From an uncultured Candidatus Saccharibacteria bacterium (GTDB lineage Bacteria; Patescibacteriota; Minisyncoccia; GWC2-36-17; WO2-46-25): a DNA stretch of 64,000 nt. The position numbers and the translations under genes are program-made. The notes below the pieces were generated by a model, which was not told the origin of the DNA, searched no databases, and worked only from the letters and a program-made list of their open reading frames with translations. The stretch covers positions 924 through 64,923 of the forward strand of contig CAYHUB010000002.1 in the NCBI GenBank assembly GCA_964359755.1. The letters are read 5' to 3'. Position 1 is the stretch's first letter. Each line of letters begins with the position of its first letter. Of this stretch, positions 26,611-36,950 are shown piece after piece.

Positions 26611-27672
26611 ATGGAATTTCTTTTTAATCCCGCGATAGCGCGCGAAGAATGGAATGAATTTATTGTCCGCCACAGCGGCAGTTTTTTGCAGTCGTTTGAA
26701 TGGTCCGGCTTTCAGGAAAAAGCAGGCAATACGGTCGCGCGCATCGTGATAAAAAAAGATGGCGTCATAGTGTTGTGTGCGAACGCAATTTTTCATACGC
26801 TTCCGTTTCGTAAAGCGTATTGGTATGTGCCGTATGGTCCGGTGATCGCAGAAACTGTACAAGAAAAAGAAAAAATAATCCGCTTCTTTCATGAGAAGTT
26901 TTCCCTCAGCGCAGGGAAAGAAGTGATTTTTATAAAAATTGAGCCGGAGGAGATGGAGGCGGGAAACATGTTTGCAGATATTGGAACGCAGAGCGCGGCA
27001 TCGCAACCGCAGGAAACGGTGATCATTGATTGCACACTTTCCGAAGAAGAGATGCTTTCGCAGATGAAACCGAAAACGCGCTATAACATTAAAATCGCAG
27101 AGCGGCACGGAGTAAAGATCATAAGTCCCGACGATCAAACAAAGCTTGATCCGGAGATCTTTCTCTCCTTGCTTTCCGCTACGGCGGCGCGGCATCGGTT
27201 TCGTGCGCATGACGGGCAGTATTACCGGACGATGCTTGAAACGCTTGTACCGCACGAAAAAGCGGCGATGAACAACGCATGTTTCGCGCGATTGTTTTTC
27301 GCGCAGCATGAGGGGGCAGTGATCGCTTCCGCGCTCGTGGTATTTTTCGGACGCCGCGCGACGTATCTGCACGGCGCTTCGGACGCCGCGCAGAAAAACG
27401 TTATGGCGCCCTATGCGCTACATTTTGAGATCATGAAATACGCGAAACAGGCGGGATATGCGGAATATGACCTGTGGGGAGTGGCGACCGAGCGGTCATC
27501 CGATGAAATAAAGAGGAAATGGGGAGGATTTTCTCGGTTTAAGCTCGGGTTTGGCGGCAACGTGGTTGAACGCCCCGGCGCATACGATTTCACGCTTCGC
27601 CCGCTATGGTATATTATATATAGAGGTGTGAAAAAAGCGTCACCTATTCGTTCATGGTTAAAAAGATCGTAA
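26611..27672 (+). CDS. FemAB-family peptidoglycan aminoacyl transferase (FemX/MurM-like)
   Basis: 353 aa, double-GNAT FemAB architecture. The C-terminal region WGVATE...KWGGFSRFKLGFGG is characteristic of the family. Confidence 0.65.
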   Translation: MEFLFNPAIAREEWNEFIVRHSGSFLQSFEWSGFQEKAGNTVARIVIKKDGVIVLCANAIFHTLPFRKAYWYVPYGPVIAETVQEKEKIIRFFHEKFSLSAGKEVIFIKIEPEEMEAGNMFADIGTQSAASQPQETVIIDCTLSEEEMLSQMKPKTRYNIKIAERHGVKIISPDDQTKLDPEIFLSLLSATAARHRFRAHDGQYYRTMLETLVPHEKAAMNNACFARLFFAQHEGAVIASALVVFFGRRATYLHGASDAAQKNVMAPYALHFEIMKYAKQAGYAEYDLWGVATERSSDEIKRKWGGFSRFKLGFGGNVVERPGAYDFTLRPLWYIIYRGVKKASPIRSWLKRS

Positions 27673-28994
27673 AAAAACTTACTCCCGGATTTATACTTTC
27701 GGCGTATCATCTTTCACTCGCGTATTGCGCCGCGCTGCGGTATTGGTTTCCTTCCGCATCAATGGTGGTGATCGGGGTAACAGGTACGAAGGGGAAGTCG
27801 AGCGTAGTATTTATGCTTGCCAAAATCCTTGAAGAGGCCGGTATAAAAGTCGCCGTGTCTTCTTCGTTGATGTTTAAGATCAACGAGAACGAATGGCTGA
27901 ACCCGTACCACATGACCATGGCGGGGAGGTTTAAGCTTCAGCAGTTTTTATATCAGGCAAAGAACGCGCGATGTACGCATGTGATCATTGAAACGACATC
28001 GGAAGGCATCAAACAGCATCGCCATCGGTTCATTCATTTCGACGTCGCGGTGTTTACCAATCTCACGCCGGAGCATATCGAGGCGCATGGCGGGTTTGAA
28101 AATTATAAAAAGGCGAAAGGAAAGCTTTTTGAAGCGCTCGCGCATGCGAAGAAAAAAACAATCAATGGGAATAGGATTGAAAAAATAGCCGTGGTAAATA
28201 CGGATAATGAGCACGGGCATTATTTCTTACAGTTTCCTGCCGATACAACATACGGATTCAGCGCGCAAGGAACGTGCGTGATGCCGCCGAGCGCGAATCA
28301 TACGTGCGTGTCGGCATCAGCGGTGGACGCGGGGTCCGAAGGGGTGAGTTTTGATGTGGAAACTACGAAATTTCGCATGCATTTGCTCGGGCAATTCAAC
28401 GTGGAAAACGCGCTGTGCGCCGCAGTGACGGCAAAAAGCCTCGGAGTAGCGTTTTCCGTTGCCGCTTCAGCTCTTGCAAAAATAGAAGAGATCCCGGGAA
28501 GGATGAAATTCATACGGGAAGGACAGAGGTTTACCGCGATCATTGATTTCGCGCATACGCCCAGTTCGTTTGAAGGCGTGTTTGCGGTGATGAGGCAGTT
28601 GAAAGATCCGCACGGGAGGATTATTGCGGTGTTTGGTTCCGCGGGCGGGGGAAGGGATAAATGGAAACGGCCGGAGCTTGGAAAGATTGCCGCGCGCGCC
28701 GCAGACCATATTATTCTTACCGCGGACGACCCGTATGAAGAAGACGTAGAGGAGATTTGCGCGGAGATTCAAAAAGGCATTGACAGTGAAGCATTTAAAG
28801 GAAAAGTGGAGGTTATTTCCAATAGGCGGGAAGCGATCAGAACCGCGCTGGGAATGGCGCGATGGAATGATATTGTTTTATTCTTAGGGAAAGGCACCGA
28901 ACAGACGCTTATGATCGGTACCGAAAGCGTTTCATGGAACGAAGAAAGCATCGTAATAGAAGAAATACGCAATATGCTCTATGACCGGAAATGA
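27654..28994 (+). CDS. Mur ligase family protein, MurE-like (short N-terminal domain)
   Basis: P-loop GVTGTKGKSS, DFAHTPSSFEG, and C-terminal ADHIILTADDPYEED, which resembles the MurE DNPR region. Only about 35 aa precede the P-loop. Confidence 0.65.
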   Translation: MVKKIVKKLTPGFILSAYHLSLAYCAALRYWFPSASMVVIGVTGTKGKSSVVFMLAKILEEAGIKVAVSSSLMFKINENEWLNPYHMTMAGRFKLQQFLYQAKNARCTHVIIETTSEGIKQHRHRFIHFDVAVFTNLTPEHIEAHGGFENYKKAKGKLFEALAHAKKKTINGNRIEKIAVVNTDNEHGHYFLQFPADTTYGFSAQGTCVMPPSANHTCVSASAVDAGSEGVSFDVETTKFRMHLLGQFNVENALCAAVTAKSLGVAFSVAASALAKIEEIPGRMKFIREGQRFTAIIDFAHTPSSFEGVFAVMRQLKDPHGRIIAVFGSAGGGRDKWKRPELGKIAARAADHIILTADDPYEEDVEEICAEIQKGIDSEAFKGKVEVISNRREAIRTALGMARWNDIVLFLGKGTEQTLMIGTESVSWNEESIVIEEIRNMLYDRK

Positions 28995-29535
28995 CGCAAA
29001 AGCGATAAAAACATTTTTGTTGTTGCTGGTGGTTCTCGGAGCAGTGATGCTGACGTTTTTTTATACTGTCCGGAAGGAGATGGTTGAGATCAAGCAGGTA
29101 ACGATGCCGCCATCCGCACAAAAAATACAGGCGATCGCATGGGAACAACTTCGTAACGTGAAGGACGATGCGAAAATAGAAGTACGCATGAATAATGCCC
29201 GCGTTATCGCCGAGGTGATGCGAAGCGATGCAAAGCGACAGCAAGGACTTTCAGGAAGAGACGGGCTTCCCGAGAGCGAAGGAATGGTATTTATATTCGA
29301 TCACGAAGAGGCATATTCATTTTGGAACAAAGACATGAAATTCCCCATTGATGTGGTGTGGATGTCAGGCGGTACGGTGGCGGGCGTGTCATCGCTTCCC
29401 GTATATGACGGCACAACACCTGCCATTATCACCGCTCCGTCGCCCGTTGACGTAGTGCTTGAAGTTCCTTTGGGGTTTGCAAGTACGCATGCAATTATGG
29501 TAGAAAATAATGTAGAAATATATGAAACCCAATAA
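28981..29535 (+). CDS. DUF192-family membrane-anchored protein
   Basis: TM anchor, then [18 protein letters not shown]...[15 protein letters not shown], which matches DUF192 (COG1430) as I recall it. Confidence 0.55.
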   Translation: MTGNDAKAIKTFLLLLVVLGAVMLTFFYTVRKEMVEIKQVTMPPSAQKIQAIAWEQLRNVKDDAKIEVRMNNARVIAEVMRSDAKRQQGLSGRDGLPESEGMVFIFDHEEAYSFWNKDMKFPIDVVWMSGGTVAGVSSLPVYDGTTPAIITAPSPVDVVLEVPLGFASTHAIMVENNVEIYETQ

Positions 29536-30103
29536 TATCATTTCATTGCTTGTGCTGGTTGCGGTCGCCGGCTCGGGCATTTATTATTTTATGTACCGCA
29601 CCACGCCTCCTCCTATGGAAAAAACAGGAAACATCGTCGTTATCGAAACAGATAAGGGAATTATAAAAGCGGAGCTTCGCGCAGACGCGGCGCCAAAAAC
29701 CGTCGCGAATTTTACCGGGCTTGCCGGGAAAAAGTTTTACGACGGACTTGTGTTTCACCGCGTGGTACCCGGTTTCGTGATCCAAGGAGGCGACCCGAAA
29801 GGAGACGGTACGGGGGGGTCGGGCATGAATGTCCCACTTGAAATCAAGTGCCAAGACGGCACTATGAACGAAGGCAAAGAGGTGGCGTGTCCGGTTGCGC
29901 TTCCGCATAGCGACGGAGCACTTGCCATGGCGCGCTCAAATGATCCTAATTCGGCGAGCTCGCAGTTTTATATCACGCTCGGCGAACAGTCGTTTTTGAA
30001 CGGCAAATACGCGGTGTTCGGATATGTAACGGAAGGAAAAGATATTGCGCGCCTCATAGAGCAGGGGGGTATGATCAAGCGGATATATCTGGAAAATAAA
30101 TGA
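29522..30103 (+). CDS. Cyclophilin-type peptidyl-prolyl cis-trans isomerase, membrane-anchored
   Basis: [15 protein letters not shown] and [16 protein letters not shown] motifs, with an N-terminal TM helix. Confidence 0.85.
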   Translation: MKPNNIISLLVLVAVAGSGIYYFMYRTTPPPMEKTGNIVVIETDKGIIKAELRADAAPKTVANFTGLAGKKFYDGLVFHRVVPGFVIQGGDPKGDGTGGSGMNVPLEIKCQDGTMNEGKEVACPVALPHSDGALAMARSNDPNSASSQFYITLGEQSFLNGKYAVFGYVTEGKDIARLIEQGGMIKRIYLENK

Positions 30104-30843
30104 ATAACAAGGTTGAAAAAACGCTTTCAGTGACCGCGAATAAAGCAGATCTGATCCTGTGGTTTTTGTCGGTGCCTCTTTTACCGATGATCTTTGCGGA
30201 GTTTTTTACAACGCTTTCATCAGACGTAGAACTGTATTTCACGTCGTATTACTTCATTTTGTGGGCGGTGTTCACTGTTGAGTTTTCATCACGTCTTATT
30301 CTTTCAAAGAATAAAATAGGGTATTTGAAAGAAAATTGGATCGATGTGCTGGTGGTGTTCACGCCTGCATTTCGGACGTTTAAAGTGTTCCGGTTTATGC
30401 GCTTTCCCATCATGTTTCTTTCTGAAAGGGTCCTGCGCGCGTTCGGTTCGCTCGGAATCAATTTTTTGTACTACGTTATTTTCGTGACGGTAGTGACGCT
30501 TGTCGGCGCGGACCTCGCTCTTTTCTTCGAGCAGCAATCTCCTGTCTCGGAGATCAAGACATTCGCTGATGCGACATGGTGGGCGATCACGTTTCTTACC
30601 ACCGCCGGCAACAATAGTTATGTGGCGACCACAGGCGCGCGCGTAGTAGGCGTTGCGCTTATGACGATCGGGTTTGCCGTGTTCAGCATCCTCATTGCGA
30701 CCATTGTGTCATTTTTCATGAAAGAACACGCGATGAAGACGGCGCCGAACGAAGATGGTTTGCTTGAAGGTATTAAAGACGAACTTGGCATTGATGAGAT
30801 TATGGAGCGGCTTGAGAGGATAGAAAAAAAGCTCAATGAATAA
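30100..30843 (+). CDS. Voltage-sensor-containing 6TM cation channel-like protein
   Basis: S4-like [12 protein letters not shown] with R/K at every third position, then a pore-helix region [26 protein letters not shown] that lacks a canonical GYG filter. 247 aa. Confidence 0.55.
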   Translation: MNNKVEKTLSVTANKADLILWFLSVPLLPMIFAEFFTTLSSDVELYFTSYYFILWAVFTVEFSSRLILSKNKIGYLKENWIDVLVVFTPAFRTFKVFRFMRFPIMFLSERVLRAFGSLGINFLYYVIFVTVVTLVGADLALFFEQQSPVSEIKTFADATWWAITFLTTAGNNSYVATTGARVVGVALMTIGFAVFSILIATIVSFFMKEHAMKTAPNEDGLLEGIKDELGIDEIMERLERIEKKLNE

Positions 30844-30845
30844 CA

Positions 30846-32009
30846 GTGCAAAAAGTTTTACTTATCCATTATCACGAGATGTCGTTAAAAGGGGCAAATC
30901 GCCCCTTTTTTGAACGGATACTGCACAACAACATAAAAAAAGCGCTTCCGAAAGACGCGTATACGACGTGTGAAATGTGCTACGGGAGAATCATGGTCCG
31001 GCTGACGGAGCGCGCGGATGAAGAAGAGGTGCGCTCATGCATCCGCACGGTGTGCGGTATTGCCAATTTCTCGTTTGCATCTCTGCTTGCGTACGATTTT
31101 TCACTGTTGTGCGAGGAGGTGCTTGGCGCGCTTGCCGCGCGTGAATTTACGACATTCCGCGTGACCGCGCGGAGGGCGGATAAGCAGTTTCCGCTCAACT
31201 CACAAGAGATCAATGAACAGCTCGGCGCGCTCATCGTAACAAGACTGGGCAAGCGCGTGAAGCTGGAAAGCCCCGATCTCAACTGCCGCATTGAGATCGT
31301 CGGGAAAAACATTTTTTTCTATGTCGAAAAAGAAAAAGGGTGCGGCGGCCTGCCGGTAGGGTCTTCCGGAAAAGTACTCTCGCTTCTTTCTTCCGGCTTT
31401 GATTCTCCGGTGGCATCATGGAAAATGATGCGAAGGGGGTGCGAGGTCATATTCCTTCATTTTCACAGCTATCCGCACACATTGCAGGCGTCTCAGGAAA
31501 ATGTGCGGGAGATTGTGAAGGTTCTTACAAAATTCCAGCATCGGTCAATCTTGCTCTCTGTTCCTTTTTTGGAAATTCAAAAAACGATCTGTGCGGCTGA
31601 TATTCCCGAAGGGTTGCGGGTGGTGTTGTATCGGCGGTTTATGATGCGCATCGCCGAGCGTATTGCGGGCCAGGAAGAATGCAAGGCGCTTGTGACCGGC
31701 GACTCGCTCGGGCAAGTGGCATCCCAGACGCTTGAAAATATCGTAGTGATTTCTGCCGCAACGACCATGCCGATTCTCCGCCCGCTTATCGGGGAGAATA
31801 AAGATGATATTATTACGACCGCAACCGCTATCGGTACCGCTACGATATCGGCGCAGCCGTACGAAGATTGCTGCAGTCTTTTTGTGCCGGAACACCCGGA
31901 AACGCGGGCAAACATACAGGAGGTGGAACGATGCGAAACGAAATTGGAAATCGAAAAGCTTATCGCTGACGCGGTCGCGGGTATGACGCGCGAAGAAATA
32001 ATTGTATAA
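30846..32009 (+). CDS. thiI: tRNA 4-thiouridine synthase ThiI (THUMP + PP-loop)
   Basis: PP-loop LLSSGFDSP and an N-terminal THUMP region. GTG start. Confidence 0.8.
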   Translation: MQKVLLIHYHEMSLKGANRPFFERILHNNIKKALPKDAYTTCEMCYGRIMVRLTERADEEEVRSCIRTVCGIANFSFASLLAYDFSLLCEEVLGALAAREFTTFRVTARRADKQFPLNSQEINEQLGALIVTRLGKRVKLESPDLNCRIEIVGKNIFFYVEKEKGCGGLPVGSSGKVLSLLSSGFDSPVASWKMMRRGCEVIFLHFHSYPHTLQASQENVREIVKVLTKFQHRSILLSVPFLEIQKTICAADIPEGLRVVLYRRFMMRIAERIAGQEECKALVTGDSLGQVASQTLENIVVISAATTMPILRPLIGENKDDIITTATAIGTATISAQPYEDCCSLFVPEHPETRANIQEVERCETKLEIEKLIADAVAGMTREEIIV

Positions 32010-32015
32010 TATTTA

Positions 32016-32137
32016 TATTCTGTTTTGGCATGCCCCCACCCTCTTTTCTTTTTTTAATCCACTCACGCCCTTTATTTGTATAATAGTTATTGAGGGGCTG
32101 CGCTTCCGTTAAGATAAAAAAAAGAAAAGAGGGTGGG
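32016..32137 (-). repeat. Palindromic intergenic repeat element, copy C (inverted orientation)
   Basis: The reverse complement carries the core TTTTATCTTAACGGAAGCGCAGCCCCTCA...GGGCGTGAGTGGATTAAAAAAAG. Outer IR tggcatgcccccaccctcttttc / gaaaagagggtgggggcatgcca. Confidence 0.8.
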
Positions 32138-32161
32138 GGCATGCCACCGTAAGGTAAAAGA

Positions 32162-33556
32162 ATGATACGCGAATTCAAAAACAAAAAAGTGGTGATCATG
32201 GGGCTCGGGAGCTACGCACAGGGGAGCGGTTTTGCCGCCGCCGCTTTTTTTGCCAAGGCGGGATCAAGGGTGCTTGTCACCGATATGAAGCCCGCTTCTT
32301 TTTTCGCATCTGCGATAACAAAGCTCAAGAAATATCCCCATGTGCGCATGGTGTTTGGAAAACACCGTGAGCAGGATTTTATACAAGCGGACCTTATTAT
32401 TAAAAATCCGGATGTGCCCAAGAGTTCTCCGTATCTTCGCGTCGCGAAAGAATACGGCGTGCCGGTGTGGGATGACTGGACCGTGTTTTTGGCGATAAGC
32501 GACGCTATGATCGTCGGGGTGACCGGCTCAAAAGGGAAAAGCACCACGGCGGTGCTTATCAATGAGATGGTACGCCGGCAGTACCGCTCGCATCTGTGCG
32601 GTAATATCGGCGTGTCGCCGCTTGCGATATGGCAAAAGATACACAATGACGATGTGGTGGTGGCGGAACTTTCAAGCTTTGGCCTGCACGGGTTTGAGAC
32701 GTCGCGCATCAGCCCTCATGTCGCGGTGATCACCAATCTGTTTCCCGAGCATCTCAATAAATATAAAAATATCGGGGAGTATTATAAGGATAAAGAAATA
32801 ATTTTCAGATATCAGAAGAGCGATGATTGGTGCATTGCCAATAGAGATAATGCGGAAACCAAAAAACGCGTCGCACAAGCGAAGTCAACCGTGCTGTGGT
32901 TTTCAAAAAAACCGTTTCGCGGTGATGGCGCGTACATAAAAGATACATCAATTTTCTTTTCGCAGGGAACTGAAAAAACGCGCATATGCGCGGTTTCGGA
33001 TATTCAGCTTCTCGGCGCGCATAATCTCGAAAATGTTCTGGCGGCCGTCTGCGTTGCGATGTGTATGGGCGTGCCACCGAATGCCATACAAAAAACAATC
33101 AAAGAATTTCGCGGGGTTCCGGGGCGCATGGAATTGGTGAGGACGGTGAGGGGAGTTGCGTATTACAATGACACGACGGCAACCATGCCCGAAGCGGCGA
33201 TCGCGGCGCTTGATGTGCTCGCGCACAAGAATGTGATACTGCTTGCGGGCGGCGCCGATAAGAAGCTCAATTACCGCGAGCTTGCGCGCGCGATCAAAAA
33301 GCGCGCACCAAAGCTTGTGCTGTTTAAGGGTGCCGCGACGGAAAAACTTATGCAGGAGCTTGAGAAAATAAAGTACCATAAAATACTCGGCATCGTTACC
33401 GGTATGAAAGACGCGCTCTCCATCGCGCGCGCCGAGGCAAAAAGAGGAGATGTGGTGCTGTTGTCGCCGGGAGCGGCGAGCTTCGGCATTTTTAAGAACG
33501 AATTTGACCGCGGCGATCAATTTTGCGCGCTGGTGAGGAAACTTCCCTCACACTAA
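32162..33556 (+). CDS. murD: UDP-N-acetylmuramoylalanine--D-glutamate ligase
   Basis: N-terminal Rossmann VVIMGLGSYAQG, P-loop GVTGSKGKSTT and MurD-type C-terminal domain. 464 aa. Confidence 0.85.
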   Translation: MIREFKNKKVVIMGLGSYAQGSGFAAAAFFAKAGSRVLVTDMKPASFFASAITKLKKYPHVRMVFGKHREQDFIQADLIIKNPDVPKSSPYLRVAKEYGVPVWDDWTVFLAISDAMIVGVTGSKGKSTTAVLINEMVRRQYRSHLCGNIGVSPLAIWQKIHNDDVVVAELSSFGLHGFETSRISPHVAVITNLFPEHLNKYKNIGEYYKDKEIIFRYQKSDDWCIANRDNAETKKRVAQAKSTVLWFSKKPFRGDGAYIKDTSIFFSQGTEKTRICAVSDIQLLGAHNLENVLAAVCVAMCMGVPPNAIQKTIKEFRGVPGRMELVRTVRGVAYYNDTTATMPEAAIAALDVLAHKNVILLAGGADKKLNYRELARAIKKRAPKLVLFKGAATEKLMQELEKIKYHKILGIVTGMKDALSIARAEAKRGDVVLLSPGAASFGIFKNEFDRGDQFCALVRKLPSH

Positions 33557-35151
33557 AGCGATTTCACCATATAGGTGTCTTTGAGCGTATAGCCGAGTTT
33601 ACCGTAGTAGCCGCGCACGCCAGCACCCGCGATCACTGCCATTTTTTTCATCCCGAACTCTTTTTTTGCGATGTTTTCCGCTTCCGCGAGCAGTTTTTTT
33701 CCGAGTCCTTTATGTTGTTTTCCCCGTGAATGATTTTTTTGCCTGAGCAGAGGTACCACTTCGCCATACGTATGTATCTCGCGTATGAGCGCGGCGCCTT
33801 CGAGCGCGCCGAAAAGCGGCCGCGTGTCTGAAGGAGAGATACGGAGACGGAGGAGCGCGATAAGCTTATCGTTTTTAACGTCTTCGTAAGACAGGAAAAT
33901 TTCCTTGCCGCCCGAAGCATCATAATCCGTTCGCTTTAATTTTACATCGCGCGCTTGTGCGACGGTGTCTTTGATCTCTCTGCACCTGATACAGCGGCAC
34001 GCTATTCCTTGTTCCGCCATTTTTTTGTGAATGACCTGGCGCAGATTTGAAGCGGTGCTTCCCGCTGCGATGCTCGGCGCGGGAATATCGCGGATCACCC
34101 GCACGATACGGCAGTATTCCGGCACATATTGTTTTGCTCTGGTGATAATAGAAATAAGCTGGCGGTCGGTGTACGGGCGGTATAAGCCTTTTTGCCACAT
34201 GCGGTACAGTTTTGTATTTTTAACAACCATGCATGGATAGATCTTGAGCATATCGGGTTGAAAACGCGGGTCGGTAAAAAGCTTTTTGAACATCGCGACA
34301 TCTTTCGCGGGAGTAGAGCCCGGGAGGTTGGGCATCATATGATAATTGATCTTAAACCCCGCATTTTTGAGCAAGGCGGTCGCGTGCGCAACCGCATCGA
34401 TATGATGGCCGCGCTGGGAAATATCAAGAACGTCGTCATACACGCTTTGCACGCCAAGCTCCACGCGCGTGCAACCATAGTGGCGCATGCGTTTTATTTC
34501 GTCTTCGTTCACCCAATCGGGCCGTGTTTCAAGCGTAAGCCCGACGAGCTTATGCGTAGCGTGTCTGCGGTTGTATTCCTGGAGTGACGCAAGCGATGAT
34601 TTTGTTTTTTTGCCCCCGGAATTTTTTTCGTTCAATGCTTCATACAGCCGCGCGATGAATTGTTCTTGGAAGCGGTGGGGGATGGACGACCACGTCCCGC
34701 CGATGACGATAATTTCGATCTTGTCGGTCGCGTGCCCCTGCGCTTTAAGCGCCGCAAGACGGCTGGCGACCTGCCGGTAGGGGTCGAACTCGTTGGCGAT
34801 CGCGCGCATGACCGCGGGCTCGTTGGACAGATAGCTTTTGGGCATGCCGCGCTCGGTTGGGCAAAAGACGCATGCGCCCGGGCACGCGCCGTTGGGTGTC
34901 ATGACGGTGATTGCGGCAATACCCGAAAGCGTCCGCACTTTTCTTTTTACGATGATGCGCGCGAGCGGGGGATTCGGTTTGATTTTTTTTGCGTCGAGGA
35001 GTTTTCCGTATGCGGCAAAAAGCGCAATGTTTGATGCGAGGCCTTCGGTGCCGCCCGCGGCGTGCGCGCGTCTGATCGCCTCGAATGAGGCCTCATCGAG
35101 ATTTTTTTTACGAGACGCCTCAACGATTATTTTTTCAGCTGTTGTTGGCAT
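33553..35151 (-). CDS. elp3: ELP3-family radical-SAM/GNAT tRNA wobble-uridine modification enzyme
   Basis: GIAAITVMTPNGACPGACVFCPTERG radical-SAM cluster motif of the ELP3 type, plus a C-terminal GNAT region (KHKGLGKKLLAEAENIAKKEFG). 532 aa. Confidence 0.8.
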   Translation of the reverse strand: MPTTAEKIIVEASRKKNLDEASFEAIRRAHAAGGTEGLASNIALFAAYGKLLDAKKIKPNPPLARIIVKRKVRTLSGIAAITVMTPNGACPGACVFCPTERGMPKSYLSNEPAVMRAIANEFDPYRQVASRLAALKAQGHATDKIEIIVIGGTWSSIPHRFQEQFIARLYEALNEKNSGGKKTKSSLASLQEYNRRHATHKLVGLTLETRPDWVNEDEIKRMRHYGCTRVELGVQSVYDDVLDISQRGHHIDAVAHATALLKNAGFKINYHMMPNLPGSTPAKDVAMFKKLFTDPRFQPDMLKIYPCMVVKNTKLYRMWQKGLYRPYTDRQLISIITRAKQYVPEYCRIVRVIRDIPAPSIAAGSTASNLRQVIHKKMAEQGIACRCIRCREIKDTVAQARDVKLKRTDYDASGGKEIFLSYEDVKNDKLIALLRLRISPSDTRPLFGALEGAALIREIHTYGEVVPLLRQKNHSRGKQHKGLGKKLLAEAENIAKKEFGMKKMAVIAGAGVRGYYGKLGYTLKDTYMVKSL

Positions 35152-35177
35152 TTTAGGATTGATGATACGATGAAAGC

Positions 35178-35900
35178 ATGCACAAGCAGTATGCCAACTA
35201 TCTCATAGAAAAGACAAGAGCGGACTATGACCGCATCGCGTCTGATTTTGACCGGACGCGCGGGTATGTATGGAAAGAGCTGGAGCGGTTTGGAGAATAT
35301 ACGCGGGAAGGACAGAGGGTACTCGACTTCGGATGCGGGAACGGCCGCCTTTTTGAACTGTTCAAAGGAAAGAATATCGCGTATACGGGCATTGATCAGT
35401 CGGGAGGGCTGATTGCACATGCGCGTACGCGGCATGCGAAGGATATCGCGCAAGGAACCGCGCAGTTTATTGAAGCATCGGGCGACACCCTTCCATTTCC
35501 GGACGCATCGTTTGACTGCGTGTTTTCGATTGCCGCGCTTCATCATATTCCTTCTGAAGAAAAGAGAAAAGAATTGCTTCGTGAGTTTGCGCGCGTGATG
35601 AAGCCGGAGGGGCGGCTCATAATCACCGTGTGGAATTTATGGCAGAAAGGGTATCGCGGACTGATCGTGCGCGCAACGCTTAAAAAAATCATCGGGCGGT
35701 CGCAGCTTGATTTTTTTGATGTATTCGTGCCTTGGAAAGACAGCACAGGAGATGTGCAGGCACAGCGATACTATCATTGTTTTTCCTTGTTTTCGCTAAA
35801 ACGGCTTGTACGCCGCGCGGGGTTCCTGCTTTATGAGAGCGGGTATTTTGCGGTGAAAAAGGACAGGGTCAATATTTACGTAATCGCCGCAAAAGAGTAG
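35178..35900 (+). CDS. Class I SAM-dependent methyltransferase (type 11; Trm9-like by context)
   Basis: VLDFGCGNGRLFELF motif I and MKPEGRLIITVWN motif. Divergently arranged with elp3. Confidence 0.65.
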   Translation: MHKQYANYLIEKTRADYDRIASDFDRTRGYVWKELERFGEYTREGQRVLDFGCGNGRLFELFKGKNIAYTGIDQSGGLIAHARTRHAKDIAQGTAQFIEASGDTLPFPDASFDCVFSIAALHHIPSEEKRKELLREFARVMKPEGRLIITVWNLWQKGYRGLIVRATLKKIIGRSQLDFFDVFVPWKDSTGDVQAQRYYHCFSLFSLKRLVRRAGFLLYESGYFAVKKDRVNIYVIAAKE

Positions 35901-35915
35901 GATACGAATAATAGT

Positions 35916-36950
35916 ATGACAGCGCCTTCAAGAAATTCTATTGATATCACGTTTGCGTCCATTATGAAGGTGGCGGCCGTTGTGCTTGGGCTGGCGCTCA
36001 TGTATTCCGTAAAAGAGATCCTCGCCTTAGTGTTTCTCGCGATCATTATCGCATCCACTGTTGACCGGTGGGCGAGCTTTTTTGAGCGATACCACATCCC
36101 CCGCATGGGAGGCGTGGCGCTGGTGTATGTTGGGTTTGTCGCGCTTCTTGTCGCAGTGCTGTATTTTATTGTCCCGCCAATCCTTACGGAGGTGAAGCAG
36201 TTGGTGCTCTTTCTTCCTGATTATTATGATGTTGCGGCAAAACAGATCTTTCGTACTACGCGCGGCATTTCGCCCGATTACGCGCGAAGCATGCAGGAAT
36301 TCGCTACGGGGCTTGAAGCGCGCATTACCGGTGTAACGTCGGGCGCATTGTCCGCCGCCGTGGATGTGTTTGGCGGGGTGGTGGCGTTTGGCATGGTGAT
36401 CGTGACCTCGTTTTATCTCGCGATGCAACGCCGAGGCGTTGAGCATTTTTTACGGCTCGTGACGCCCAAAGCGCAGGAGGAATATGTTCTTGACGTGTGG
36501 CGGCGCGTGGAAATAAAGCTGGGGAAATGGCTCGAAGGCCAGCTTCTGCTCGGATGTATCGTGGGAGTCACCGTGTTTGTCGGGCTTTCACTGATCGGCG
36601 TGCCGTATGCACTGCTGCTTGCGCTTGTTGCGGGGATCTTTGAGATCATTCCGATCGCAGGACCGCTGTTTTCCGCGCTCGTCGGCGTTTCTGTTGCGTT
36701 CCTTGTTTCGCCGGTACTCGCGTTTCTTACGCTTCTTTTTTACGGCGCCCTGCAGCAGATCGAGAATCATGTTCTGGTCCCGTTATTTTTAAAAAAGATC
36801 ACAGGGCTTAATCCGGTGGTGGTCATCGTCGCACTGCTTGTCGGCGCAAAGCTCGGCGGCATCATGGGCATGCTTATTGCGGTGCCGCTTGCAACGATAG
36901 GAGGCGAGCTATTGGATGATCTTGCGAAGAAAAAAGCGGGATCAGTATAA
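35916..36950 (+). CDS. AI-2E family (UPF0118/PerM-like) transporter
   Basis: 344 aa with 7-8 TM segments. Conserved central region GKWLEGQLLLGCIVGV...IPIAGPLFSALVGV. Confidence 0.7.
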   Translation: MTAPSRNSIDITFASIMKVAAVVLGLALMYSVKEILALVFLAIIIASTVDRWASFFERYHIPRMGGVALVYVGFVALLVAVLYFIVPPILTEVKQLVLFLPDYYDVAAKQIFRTTRGISPDYARSMQEFATGLEARITGVTSGALSAAVDVFGGVVAFGMVIVTSFYLAMQRRGVEHFLRLVTPKAQEEYVLDVWRRVEIKLGKWLEGQLLLGCIVGVTVFVGLSLIGVPYALLLALVAGIFEIIPIAGPLFSALVGVSVAFLVSPVLAFLTLLFYGALQQIENHVLVPLFLKKITGLNPVVVIVALLVGAKLGGIMGMLIAVPLATIGGELLDDLAKKKAGSV

